Origin: an uncultured Methanomicrobiales archaeon
Lineage (GTDB): Archaea; Halobacteriota; Methanomicrobia; Methanomicrobiales; Methanocorpusculaceae
Assembly: GCA_964483485.1 (NCBI GenBank)
Contig: CAZABQ010000001.1
Coordinates: 1-43,057, forward strand
DNA length: 43,057 nucleotides
Direction: 5' to 3'
Of this stretch, positions 27,343-35,944 are shown piece by piece; within the stretch, counting starts at the first letter, position 1; the number at the start of each line of letters is the position of its first letter. Under the pieces are notes generated by a model, which was given only the letters and a program-made list of their open reading frames with translations, was not told where the DNA came from and did not search any database. Position numbers and translations under genes: made by a program.

Positions 27343-27518
27343 TCCGACCCTCCAACCAAGTGCGACTTGATGCACTCGTAGTCCGTCCAGTCACAACCGA
27401 CCGACTGAAGGGAAGCGGTGAGTTCCATCGCAGCCTTGCTCTCTGCTTCTTCCGATGATTTTGCATCGACGAACACTCGAAGTTCGCCTTGAATTTTGAA
27501 ATCTACCCAATATTTCAT
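27339..27518 (-). CDS. Hypothetical microprotein
   Basis: MKYWVDF..VDAKSSEEAESKA, a pattern common in small phage proteins; ATGA overlaps. Confidence 0.62.
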   Translation of the reverse strand: MKYWVDFKIQGELRVFVDAKSSEEAESKAAMELTASLQSVGCDWTDYECIKSHLVGGSE

Positions 27519-27688
27519 TTTTCTTTCTCCAAATTTCCGATAGGGACTGACCGGCAGTGATGACACGTCAGACACATCCCAAGTTCCCGTTCAAACGGGC
27601 ATTTTTCATCCGAATCGCACACGAGCACAACCTGACGTCTTTGCCGCTCTTGTCGCGTTCCAAACTCGGATGGTTCATGCGGGCACAT
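27515..27688 (-). CDS. Cys-rich microprotein (57 aa), absent from the ORF track
   Basis: MCPHEPS..CDSDEKCPF..CLTCHHC; ATG right after the upstream TGA, ATGA overlap downstream. Confidence 0.55.
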   Translation of the reverse strand: MCPHEPSEFGTRQERQRRQVVLVCDSDEKCPFERELGMCLTCHHCRSVPIGNLEKEK

Positions 27689-28183
27689 TCAATCCCCCGT
27701 CGTATCAAGCGGCGTGTCTATGATAACACAGAAACTCTCTCCGTTCTTCAAAACGGCGACGATTGTCTTCTTCCCCGGACTTGCCATTGCCAGAATCACA
27801 CGAAGAAATACCACGTCCGTCACGATTTTTTCCCGCTCGCGACTGCAGAGATCTGTTCTACGGTCGTGATGTGGGCAGGAATCGCAGTCCTGACCTACAA
27901 TACCTTCTACACAACAAATGGGGACACTACTACTGTCTCTACTATACGTCTTCGTCCAGACATCCGAGAGGATCAGATCGCGGCTGTAATGTTCTGTCAA
28001 CATATTGCCTTGAAAATGAACGCTCACCGCTGCGATTTTTTTCGGACGCCAACAAGGATGTCCTTCTGCTGCTGCCTGCTCTTCCGTCAAAGCGTTGTCC
28101 GGTTTGATGCAGGAGCCCCATTGAAAGGCACTTTTCTTGTCAATGATCCGGAAGTCCATGCACGTGCCGCATGTCCTCTTCAT
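27689..28183 (-). CDS. Cys-rich hypothetical protein
   Basis: MKRTCGTCMDF..GSC..PCW; ATGA overlap. Confidence 0.62.
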   Translation of the reverse strand: MKRTCGTCMDFRIIDKKSAFQWGSCIKPDNALTEEQAAAEGHPCWRPKKIAAVSVHFQGNMLTEHYSRDLILSDVWTKTYSRDSSSVPICCVEGIVGQDCDSCPHHDRRTDLCSREREKIVTDVVFLRVILAMASPGKKTIVAVLKNGESFCVIIDTPLDTTGD

Positions 28184-28425
28184 TTCTCGCACCCCATGAC
28201 TGTTTTAACCATTCTGGATTCCTGATTGAGCCGATACGCAGCGGGAATACGTTTCACATTCGCAATTTCATGCACTGGACGGGTGATCATCACGAGATGT
28301 CCATTGTCTGATAAGGCGCGGAGTTTTCGAGGGTGAACAGGAACGTCCTTGTAAGTGAACTGAGATGTCCCAGCGCTTTTGTATATCAGATCCAGATGGG
28401 AGAATATCGACGTTTTCTCGCTCAT
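28180..28425 (-). CDS. Winged-helix-like protein (paralog of 26316..26558)
   Basis: FTYKDVPVH..LSDNGHL..PAAYRL. Confidence 0.65.
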   Translation of the reverse strand: MSEKTSIFSHLDLIYKSAGTSQFTYKDVPVHPRKLRALSDNGHLVMITRPVHEIANVKRIPAAYRLNQESRMVKTVMGCEK

Positions 28426-28796
28426 TTTGCCCTCGTTGAATTATCAAGGCATCTTTGCCTCCATTCATTCGCATATTCGATATCTGTGGGGGTGAGCATA
28501 CGAATCAGTCGTGCTGGGGCATGCGCTTCGTTCGGCCCCATCGTTTCGTCAATTTCCTTGTATCCAAAATTGTAGTGGCTACGAGAATCGTGAGATGTGA
28601 GCACAACACATCCAAAGACCGTGAAGCTATCATCACATTTGTGGACGGTTTTGACGGCGAGGTAATGGACGTTTCCCCGACGAGTGTGATATACTGGAAA
28701 TTGTTTGACGTCATCGTCCTCCCAGTCGAACTCTCCCATGATAAGCTCCTGCTCCGCTTTCGGATTACAGTCGCAGTGCGTGAATGTCCAGCCCAT
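28422..28796 (-). CDS. DUF6927-like mobile-element protein
   Basis: MGW start, FGYKEIDETMGP..P..LTPTD..YANEWRQRC. Confidence 0.75.
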   Translation of the reverse strand: MGWTFTHCDCNPKAEQELIMGEFDWEDDDVKQFPVYHTRRGNVHYLAVKTVHKCDDSFTVFGCVVLTSHDSRSHYNFGYKEIDETMGPNEAHAPARLIRMLTPTDIEYANEWRQRCLDNSTRAK

Positions 28797-29218
28797 TATT
28801 CCTCCTCCTCTATATAGTCCGTGACTTCGTTCCGGAGAATCTCTCCCGATTCGCACTCGAAGTAGTGGGAGAATGCACATCCAGTCTCGTCCACGTAGAC
28901 GGCTGCGTTGAGATTGTATTTCTTAGAAATCTCTCGGAACCCATCTTCATCCAAGTCCCAAGCACACTCAATCTCGATTTCAGTCCCCCACGAGACACAA
29001 TTTTCCAGAAGTTCAACCTCTATCTCAGCCTCTCGCACAAAACAACGGTCTGTCCCGCAAATGTGCCTGTCGTTATCTTCCCCGCCCAATCTGACAATGT
29101 GCCGAGTATCTTCTTCATTTTCCCGAATCACGACTCCATCGAAGGATTCCTTAAAAAATCGGAGGATGTTCTCCTCACTTCCCCGAAGCATCATGCTTCC
29201 GAACGCCCAGTTTGGCAT
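28796..29218 (-). CDS. YubB/DUF1281-like ferredoxin-fold protein
   Basis: MPNW..GSMMLRG start, ECAW..ISKKY..ETGCAF. Confidence 0.65.
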   Translation of the reverse strand: MPNWAFGSMMLRGSEENILRFFKESFDGVVIRENEEDTRHIVRLGGEDNDRHICGTDRCFVREAEIEVELLENCVSWGTEIEIECAWDLDEDGFREISKKYNLNAAVYVDETGCAFSHYFECESGEILRNEVTDYIEEEE

Positions 29219-29517
29219 TAGTAGTCCTCCGGGAACAGCACAGTGGTGGATGATCGATCCCATTCCGTGATAATCCAGATTTTTCCCTTAGTGGTGTTGA
29301 ATGTGCTAAAAATCCGGCTTTCTCCAGACTCAATTGCAGCCTTGTTCGCTTCAACGTCTTCCGGGTGTTCCATGTCCGAAAAATCACCAGCACGGTGCCT
29401 GTCTAAGCAACGAGCGACTTCGTCCATGAACATAGAATCTTCATACGCACGAGCATCTATCGAGGCAGTGAGAAGGACTCTTCCAAGACGGAAGAGTCCA
29501 GTTTTGTTCCCAGTCAT
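29218..29517 (-). CDS. Conserved plasmid/ICE-related protein
   Basis: LFRLGRVLLT..LDRHRAGDF..KIWIITEWDRSSTTVLFPEDY. Confidence 0.75.
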   Translation of the reverse strand: MTGNKTGLFRLGRVLLTASIDARAYEDSMFMDEVARCLDRHRAGDFSDMEHPEDVEANKAAIESGESRIFSTFNTTKGKIWIITEWDRSSTTVLFPEDY

Positions 29518-29879
29518 TTCTCGCAGCTCCAGTTGTGGTAGTCTTGGAAATCTGAAAGCCACTTCATCCAACCACCACGAGAAAGCCGGAGGGCTGAGAG
29601 CATTCCAATGTCAAAGTTATCCGTTGTTTTTGGAAACATGAACACGAGAACTGTCAAATCCTCTGAACAGTTATAGGGACGACAGTCGCAGCGGATTACT
29701 TCCGTGAATATTGACGGTGAATCCGTGACTCCGCGTTCCACCATATCGCGGTTGATGCCCGTGATCCATCCCTCAACCGGCCCGGGGCAACCGATACACA
29801 CGAGTCCTTGGCCCGGTGTGTCCATGAGTCTCTTCCACGAGACATTTTTTATGGTCGTTGTCATCTTTTTCGTCTCCAT
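29514..29879 (-). CDS. Conserved mobile-element hypothetical protein
   Basis: GLVCIGC.GPVEGWITGIN..DIGML..RL..WLSD; start ATG 29879 in a TAATG overlap. Confidence 0.7.
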   Translation of the reverse strand: METKKMTTTIKNVSWKRLMDTPGQGLVCIGCPGPVEGWITGINRDMVERGVTDSPSIFTEVIRCDCRPYNCSEDLTVLVFMFPKTTDNFDIGMLSALRLSRGGWMKWLSDFQDYHNWSCEK

Positions 29880-30034
29880 TAAAAGGAGGGGGTGTTGTCC
29901 CCTCCTATTTCCTCTGCAATAATTATCGCAGAAGTGTTCTGTGGTCTTTTCCATGTGCCGAACATCTCGTTCTGCACTTCATCCGCGTCGATTATCGGCG
30001 CTTTGTTTGTGGTCGTTGTCATCTTTTCTGACAT
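29879..30034 (-). CDS. Short leader ORF (51 aa), absent from the ORF track
   Basis: MSEKMTTTTNKAPIIDADEV..TPSF; first ORF after the internal promoter; TAATG coupling. Confidence 0.45.
   Translation of the reverse strand: MSEKMTTTTNKAPIIDADEVQNEMFGTWKRPQNTSAIIIAEEIGGDNTPSF
29881..29906 (-). terminator. GC-rich hairpin followed by a U-tract (terminator/attenuator-like)
   Basis: AGGAGGGG-ACAACAC-CCCCTCCT, then TTT, directly before ATG 29879. Confidence 0.5.
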
Positions 30035-30057
30035 ACTTTTTCGACAACTCTTTCTTT

Positions 30058-30112
30058 TGTAGTGCGATTATGCAACTACAATATTACATTAGCGTCTGAG
30101 CATATAAGTGTT
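30058..30112 (-). promoter_or_regulatory. Internal TATA promoter with an inverted repeat at the predicted start site
   Basis: CTTATATG at 30108-30101; TGTAGTTGC..GCACTACA imperfect inverted repeat at 30080-30058; intergenic gap. Confidence 0.5.
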
Positions 30113-30114
30113 AC

Positions 30115-30540
30115 TTATTGCATACAGTATGCACACATATCACCCATCTTCTTGTGATTTTTGACCATCCCTTTATCCGCCCCGTCTGTCCACGACTCAA
30201 AACCAGCGCGGAGCAAATATGCTCCGAAACGGGGATTGAGAACCTCCAGCATCACAAGGTTCCGCTTGTCGCGAACACACGAGTGTTCAAACCATTCCAT
30301 CGTGTCCCGAAGATGACCGTTATGAGGTTGATCATTCGCGATAGCCAGAATGTAGTAGTTCTTGGAATCGACGGAAAACAACCCGTGGCACGTCCCAACC
30401 CGGAACATGATGTATCGTCGTTTGTCGCCGCGATTGATCATGTCGAGAAATGGATTGCTCGATGATACCAGAAACAGGAGATTATGAGTGGTCTGAAAGT
30501 CCGGATCGTAGTTTTCCAAGCGACGGGTTTTTGCGTCCAT
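30115..30540 (-). CDS. GNAT-like fold protein
   Basis: ILAIANDQPHNGHLRDTMEWFE..EVLNPRFGAYLLRAGF resembles GNAT motifs A and B; start ATG 30540. Confidence 0.55.
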   Translation of the reverse strand: MDAKTRRLENYDPDFQTTHNLLFLVSSSNPFLDMINRGDKRRYIMFRVGTCHGLFSVDSKNYYILAIANDQPHNGHLRDTMEWFEHSCVRDKRNLVMLEVLNPRFGAYLLRAGFESWTDGADKGMVKNHKKMGDMCAYCMQ

Positions 30541-30541
30541 C

Positions 30542-30997
30542 TCAAGTCTCCAGAAACAGTTCTGGGTGATCTTTTTTGAAGTCACCCATTGCACGGATCA
30601 TGTCCTCATACATCGAACATTCGGTGCAGTCTGCACCACAATCCCGACAGTGTTTCCCATCCCATGTGGTCGGGTGAATGCAGTCGTAATCCGGGCAGCA
30701 TCTACCGGGTTTGTGTTGTATGCGGCAAGGGACGTCGCGCTCGTAGATTAGCTTCATCGCCAGTTTGAGATGTTCTCCTGAACACGAGAACGACACTGGG
30801 GAACTCATATCAACCTCCCCCATACAGCAGTTTTCGCATGCTGATGGTGTCAGTGTCGCAAGGGGGCAGTCACCGCAGTTGTGGTCATGATCGAGGCAGA
30901 CCTCCATAACCCGCCCGTCCAGTTCTTCCATAAATTCTCGGTTCGTCAGAGGAGCTACATCATCCAATTTCTGTGTGGTCGTTGTCATTTTTTCCAA
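30542..30997 (-). CDS. Cys-rich hypothetical protein
   Basis: Multiple CxxC clusters; carries the start motif (ATG 30988 is an alternative start). Confidence 0.65.
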   Translation of the reverse strand: MEKMTTTTQKLDDVAPLTNREFMEELDGRVMEVCLDHDHNCGDCPLATLTPSACENCCMGEVDMSSPVSFSCSGEHLKLAMKLIYERDVPCRIQHKPGRCCPDYDCIHPTTWDGKHCRDCGADCTECSMYEDMIRAMGDFKKDHPELFLET

Positions 30998-31005
30998 TTT
31001 TTTAT

Positions 31006-32022
31006 TCAGTCATATATCCTCATTCCAGCGATATGCCCGATTTTAGGGGTAGCGCAGATTATTAGGTCAATGATTCTTCGAGTAAGTGGGATGTAGTGGC
31101 TCCGAATGATACGTCCGAGCAACGACCGGCGTAGTCTTTTCAGATTTCGAATTTCAGATTTCGCACCCTTTACTTTCGTCATCTCGTCCCACGTCCACAT
31201 GCAGTCGAGGCATAACCGATGAGCCATGAGATCGGCTATTTCAGCCTCTTGAATTTGGTCGTAGTAGTCCAGCCTGTTCTGACCGAACCAAATGTGATTC
31301 ATCCGGTTCGTGTCGAAAGGGCGGCCTGTGATACTCTCAGAATGTTCACGCCAGTAATAGAGTTTCGTCTGCACTCGGCAGAATGACTTTGCTCGATAGA
31401 AGATACGATGGACAACATCTTGTTCCTCGGAAATATCCGTGTCGGGGAACACAATTCCGGAAAATAACCTCCTTCGCCAGAGTTTGTTCCAAAGCACGGT
31501 ATATTCAAGCCAGTCCTTTCCTGATGACTCAAGGAGGGCTTGTCGCCCATCCATTAAATCCACATACACCGTGCCGATTGTTTTGAAAACACCCAAATCG
31601 TCCTGTGAGCGAGTGAACTGGCACTGAACGATGTCGATGAACTGCGAGAACGTCAGGCACGTCATCATATACATGAGGACTTCGTAAAGCCGAGGATGGA
31701 CTACGTCATCCGAATCTACAAATCCGATGAAATCCCCGGTGGATACTGAAATGCCAATTTGTCTGGCATGGGCAACGTTGAGGCAGTGCTCGCGGTAACA
31801 TACGCGGATACGAGGGTCTTTCAAGGCGTATTCGCAGACGATTTGCAAAGTCGTATCCGTGCTGGGGGAGACAACCACAACAATTTCCAGATTGGAATAG
31901 GTCTGGTTCCGAACCGAGTCAAGACATTCCCGAAGGTATGCGCCGGAATTTTTGACAGGGATGATCACACTGATTAAGTCCCCGCAATTGCCCCGATTTA
32001 CTTGGTCACACCGAGTTGACAT
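31006..32022 (-). CDS. Family 2 glycosyltransferase (second copy)
   Basis: ISVIIPVKN..NQTYSNLEI, ARQIGI, FVDSDD, LWNKLW, LYYWR..SIT. Confidence 0.92.
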   Translation of the reverse strand: MSTRCDQVNRGNCGDLISVIIPVKNSGAYLRECLDSVRNQTYSNLEIVVVVSPSTDTTLQIVCEYALKDPRIRVCYREHCLNVAHARQIGISVSTGDFIGFVDSDDVVHPRLYEVLMYMMTCLTFSQFIDIVQCQFTRSQDDLGVFKTIGTVYVDLMDGRQALLESSGKDWLEYTVLWNKLWRRRLFSGIVFPDTDISEEQDVVHRIFYRAKSFCRVQTKLYYWREHSESITGRPFDTNRMNHIWFGQNRLDYYDQIQEAEIADLMAHRLCLDCMWTWDEMTKVKGAKSEIRNLKRLRRSLLGRIIRSHYIPLTRRIIDLIICATPKIGHIAGMRIYD

Positions 32023-32198
32023 TCCTGTTTCTCCGTTCCCGGCTCAACAATGGTGATGTGGTAAGCCGTCCGCAGATATGCCTGAATCGCTGTCCGGACG
32101 AATTTGGACTCGGAAATTTCGAGTGCATCGCAAACGCAGCCCATCTGACTCTTTGTTTCGCGATTCACACACGCACTCACCTTGCGATCATATCTCAT
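31998..32198 (-). CDS. Ribbon-helix-helix protein
   Basis: KVSACVNRETKSQM..ALEISESKFVRTAIQAYL. Confidence 0.72.
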   Translation of the reverse strand: MRYDRKVSACVNRETKSQMGCVCDALEISESKFVRTAIQAYLRTAYHITIVEPGTEKQECQLGVTK

Positions 32199-32452
32199 TC
32201 CGGATCCCCTCCGAACGCGACGTAGATCGTATCAGCTTTCACGGAGTTGATCTCAACCCCGTGCACCGGGGAGTTCTTCCATGCAGCGTTCATGACATTA
32301 GTCACATCCTCGACAATCCCATCTTGAACGTTGCCGTGCTTCTCCCGAAGGGATACGAGGGATTCCAAATCAAAGACGGCTGTGACGGTGAATGTCACAG
32401 TTGATTGGAACACTTTCTTAGTTGTTGGTTCATTTTCGGTCATTCTTATCAC
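32195..32452 (-). CDS. Hypothetical protein
   Basis: 4-nt overlaps on both sides. Confidence 0.6.
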   Translation of the reverse strand: MIRMTENEPTTKKVFQSTVTFTVTAVFDLESLVSLREKHGNVQDGIVEDVTNVMNAAWKNSPVHGVEINSVKADTIYVAFGGDPE

Positions 32453-33912
32453 ATTAAACTGCTATTTTTCGTTTCGGCGAGGGAATACAGGGCTCCGATT
32501 TTCCACTTCAACCCGACGTATGCCTTTCGCCGTTTTCCACTTCTCTGCACCATGCGGGTGTTGTAACCATATCGCAACATGGCTTGGCTTAATGCCTTGA
32601 GTGTCAGTGGTGACCTCCTCTGTCGATGTAGCCGCTCCTGCTCCGTCGCGTCTGAATTGTCCTTCCACTTCTGCATCTGGGCAAACACGTCCTCGATGTA
32701 GATGTAATCGCTGTCGGTCGAATTTATCGTGTTTTCGTCGAGGAACTGTCGGAGCGGAGTCGAATCCGTTCTCCACAACTCCTTGACGTCAGCTCCTTCC
32801 GAACGAATTAACAGACAGTCATTCGCCCACATGTATTGGGCATACCTGATCACCGACAGCAGAAAGCCCTCCAGAAGTTCAGCTGTGATGTTCCTCTCAA
32901 CCCACCCATCCATCTTCTCGAAAACAGTTGGGAACAGGATATACTCCCACCGACCCCAGAACGCATCATCGGTTTCTGCGATCCCGCGAATCTCCGGCGG
33001 GCGATTGCAGGTGAACACGTGAACAGCGGTTAACTCCGCGATGTGCCTGTCCTTTCCTTTTGGATTCACTTCGTGCTCTCGCAGTCCCGTAACCTGCTTG
33101 AGACACTCCGTCGAATCGACCGGAACCGCCTGCAAATCATCGCATACGTTCATTAACTTGCCAACGATAGACTGTTTCCAGAATGTATCCTTGGAACCCA
33201 TCGTTTGTAGCGAGACACCGGAGAAATTTCTGTGTCCGTTGAACAACCGGCTCAGGAGAACGATGTAAGTCGACTTGCCTCCGTTGGACTCTCCCATAAT
33301 CAAGTATGCTTTTTTCGACGGTTCGCGTCTGGGTAAAGACTGTAGAATTGCCTGAGCGGGTATCTGATACAGGAGAATCTTGTCCTTGATGACTTCCACC
33401 TCCTCACCAAACATCGTGATGTGGGTCATGTTGCCGTTGTCGACCCACTGTTCGATGATCCGTTCGGCCAGAGTTGTATCCGCGTCAGGATTGTATCGAA
33501 CGGGAATCTTTCTGGTGAAGAACATATTCGGCTCATACGGGATGAGCTCGAGTGTTTCCCCAAAAACAACGACTCCGTTGGCTACGGGGAACCCGTCAAA
33601 CTGGTTGAATGGGTAGTCAGTGACGACATTCAAGTCCCGCATCCGTCCGAGAAGTTCGCGCTTGAGCGATTCAATCGGCTTGTCGTACCCAACACGCTCA
33701 CAGAATGCCTGAATACACGATTGAACTTCGCCCTTGTTCTCCTGATACAACGATTCCTCGTTGCAGATGTAGAGCGTGTTGTTATACGTGATTGGTTCAA
33801 ATTTGGCCGCGAGAGTCGCGGCAAAACAATTGAGGTCTGGCGTGAGAACTCCTGGGCGCGTCTCGGTAAAAAGCAGGGTTGCGAGCCCCAATTCGTCATC
33901 GTTCATTTTCAT
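32449..33912 (-). CDS. D5/P4-family SF3 helicase
   Basis: D5_N-like VANGVV..FFTRKIPVRYNP, Walker A GESNGGKST, Walker B NVCDD, motif C FTCN, AFWGRW, C-terminal winged helix. Confidence 0.92.
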   Translation of the reverse strand: MKMNDDELGLATLLFTETRPGVLTPDLNCFAATLAAKFEPITYNNTLYICNEESLYQENKGEVQSCIQAFCERVGYDKPIESLKRELLGRMRDLNVVTDYPFNQFDGFPVANGVVVFGETLELIPYEPNMFFTRKIPVRYNPDADTTLAERIIEQWVDNGNMTHITMFGEEVEVIKDKILLYQIPAQAILQSLPRREPSKKAYLIMGESNGGKSTYIVLLSRLFNGHRNFSGVSLQTMGSKDTFWKQSIVGKLMNVCDDLQAVPVDSTECLKQVTGLREHEVNPKGKDRHIAELTAVHVFTCNRPPEIRGIAETDDAFWGRWEYILFPTVFEKMDGWVERNITAELLEGFLLSVIRYAQYMWANDCLLIRSEGADVKELWRTDSTPLRQFLDENTINSTDSDYIYIEDVFAQMQKWKDNSDATEQERLHRQRRSPLTLKALSQAMLRYGYNTRMVQRSGKRRKAYVGLKWKIGALYSLAETKNSSLM

Positions 33913-34886
33913 GTTTCCACCTTGTCAGGCGTTCTTTTCGCGTATACGCGAGATATACGACTTGCAATTCTGCTGAGATTGGATGCGTTACGGTTCACCC
34001 ACCACTGCTTCGTCAACCGATCATGCACTTCGGGATTCAATCGTCGAAGAACAGCGTTGATCTGTTTCCACTCCTCTTTCGAGTATTTTCGGCCCGGATA
34101 TGATTCTGAGCAATCAATGATGTTCTCGGAGACAGCGAGGGCATCAATCCAGTTGCCCCCACTGCCACAGCGGCGGCACCACCATACCGAGCCATCCTTC
34201 TTCACCGTCAGATTATTCCCCGTCGAGCTACCGTGAATTGGATGAGCTCCCTCAATCTCATCGCCCCGAAGTTTCGCGCCTTCGGGCATGAGAAAGTCTA
34301 AGACCGACAGGTTGTAGTCATCCATCGTCCCAGACTGCGGGTCGCGGGGTTCCCAGTTCAGGGATGTTTGAACCCCTGCGATTTTTATCGTCACGCGGTT
34401 GATTACCGAATCCAATTCCTCCCAACTCACCGTTGTGATAGGAACATCGTTGATGATTTGGTAGGGATTTCCTGTTGGATGAATGCAGTTCGGCCCGACA
34501 TTGTAGAATTTGCTATGGGGTAATCGGATGTCTCCAAGCTCTTCCCCTCCAGTGTCATACAGGTATATCTTCGTGCCTTCCGGTGGGTTCGATAACCGGT
34601 AGTAAAGATGGAGACCAAGGCCACCCCTGCCCGACATCACAGTGAATGTCTTAGGGAGGTCTTGGATAATCCCTAACTCGATGAGGCGTTCGGCGCTATC
34701 CGCGTCAAAGACGCAGAGGTCAGTCTGGTAGATGACAGCGTAATTCCAGCCATCTTGCAGCCACGGACGAATACCTATTGCAGTATACTGGTGCTCGGGC
34801 TGAGACCACTTCTGCACAGGTGTCTTCCCACGGGCAGACAGAACAATGAATCGCTCATTTTCCAACTGGCGCGGCACGTCAATCAT
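33909..34886 (-). CDS. Bifunctional primase-polymerase (AEP) with Zn-binding domain
   Basis: GKTP..W, NYAV..VFDAD, TFTVMSG..GLHLYY, VGPNCIHPTGNPY; HPIHGS..WWCRRC. Confidence 0.9.
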   Translation of the reverse strand: MIDVPRQLENERFIVLSARGKTPVQKWSQPEHQYTAIGIRPWLQDGWNYAVIYQTDLCVFDADSAERLIELGIIQDLPKTFTVMSGRGGLGLHLYYRLSNPPEGTKIYLYDTGGEELGDIRLPHSKFYNVGPNCIHPTGNPYQIINDVPITTVSWEELDSVINRVTIKIAGVQTSLNWEPRDPQSGTMDDYNLSVLDFLMPEGAKLRGDEIEGAHPIHGSSTGNNLTVKKDGSVWWCRRCGSGGNWIDALAVSENIIDCSESYPGRKYSKEEWKQINAVLRRLNPEVHDRLTKQWWVNRNASNLSRIASRISRVYAKRTPDKVET

Positions 34887-35149
34887 CCATTCGCCTCAGT
34901 AAGCCGGTAAAATGCTCTCGTGCCTGCCCAGCGTTCGAAATGACATCTCTTTCGCAGGATGGCGTGGATTTTCAGACCGGTTATGCCAGCTGCTTTCGCG
35001 GCATTGCCACCGTGCTTAACTCGGAACGACGGATGGTAACCTGCTGCTCGAATGACATCAGCGGTGTTGAACCACCTGCCTCCTTGTCCCGCATCTTTGA
35101 TGAACTCAAAAATCTCATCGTCGGTATATTTCAACTCAACTTTCTGCAT
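34883..35149 (-). CDS. Putative winged-helix DNA-binding protein
   Basis: DDEIFEFI..FNTADVIRA..FYRL; basic. Confidence 0.6.
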   Translation of the reverse strand: MQKVELKYTDDEIFEFIKDAGQGGRWFNTADVIRAAGYHPSFRVKHGGNAAKAAGITGLKIHAILRKRCHFERWAGTRAFYRLTEANG

Positions 35150-35543
35150 TTACACACCTCTTTGCTGCATCAAGGCGTTTTCCGAACCGGCACATCGCTG
35201 TAGTCATCAGCGAGCAGCGTCGGTAGTGGAGATGGAGTTTGTCCAGACTCAAGTAATACGAAACAAGGCAGATTTCCGTCTTGTATGCCCGTAGTCGCTT
35301 GGGACATGTCGCACAACCTTCTGGGGCAAGGTTTGGAACTATCCGCCTCACCGCCAGCACCTCGATGTTGTTTTCTTCATAATCACTCCATTTTTTGCAC
35401 TTGTCCGCTCTGCGAGTGGTCGGCGAGTCGCTGGTAACTATGCCTCGGGTATCCTCTGTGCATAATCCCAGCGACTTGTCCGGGTGGACTGGATTGTGCC
35501 ACCACCATTCGCACGAGCCGCAGTTCTGTTTCAGTGATACCAA
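35136..35543 (-). CDS. Cys-rich hypothetical protein
   Basis: CGSCEWW..GLC..CKKW plus a second Cys cluster. Confidence 0.62.
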   Translation of the reverse strand: MVSLKQNCGSCEWWWHNPVHPDKSLGLCTEDTRGIVTSDSPTTRRADKCKKWSDYEENNIEVLAVRRIVPNLAPEGCATCPKRLRAYKTEICLVSYYLSLDKLHLHYRRCSLMTTAMCRFGKRLDAAKRCVNAES

Positions 35544-35944
35544 CGACTATCATCCTCAGATAGAGCTGATAATGCACAGTCGCTCAGACCAGAGAATTCT
35601 TCAAACGTCCATCCGTCGCCCAGACGAGCAGTGTATGTTTCAGGGAAAAAGTCCGCGCAGGTCTTGCTCTCAAGATACACCATCTTATTCTCCATGTCAA
35701 CTATCAGGTTTCGATACTCGCTCTCGCAGTGGTGAGGGGTTATCCCAACCGATTGCATGCCGCATCTGTCGTAGATGTCGACGAGGAGTTTTGGCATGAG
35801 GTATGCAGGATCGTCCCAGAGGTCTCTCGGCGTGTTCTGGATTGCGCGAGACAAATATGTTGGCAGTTCCAACCCACACCAGTGAGAATAGAAGTAGATG
35901 TCGTTCTTCCCGAATCGGAAGACAATTTCGCGTCTATCGCCCAT
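35531..35944 (-). CDS. Conserved phage hypothetical protein
   Basis: MGDR..IYFYSHW.G N-terminus typical of small phage proteins; TAATG coupling. Confidence 0.7.
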   Translation of the reverse strand: MGDRREIVFRFGKNDIYFYSHWCGLELPTYLSRAIQNTPRDLWDDPAYLMPKLLVDIYDRCGMQSVGITPHHCESEYRNLIVDMENKMVYLESKTCADFFPETYTARLGDGWTFEEFSGLSDCALSALSEDDSRWYH

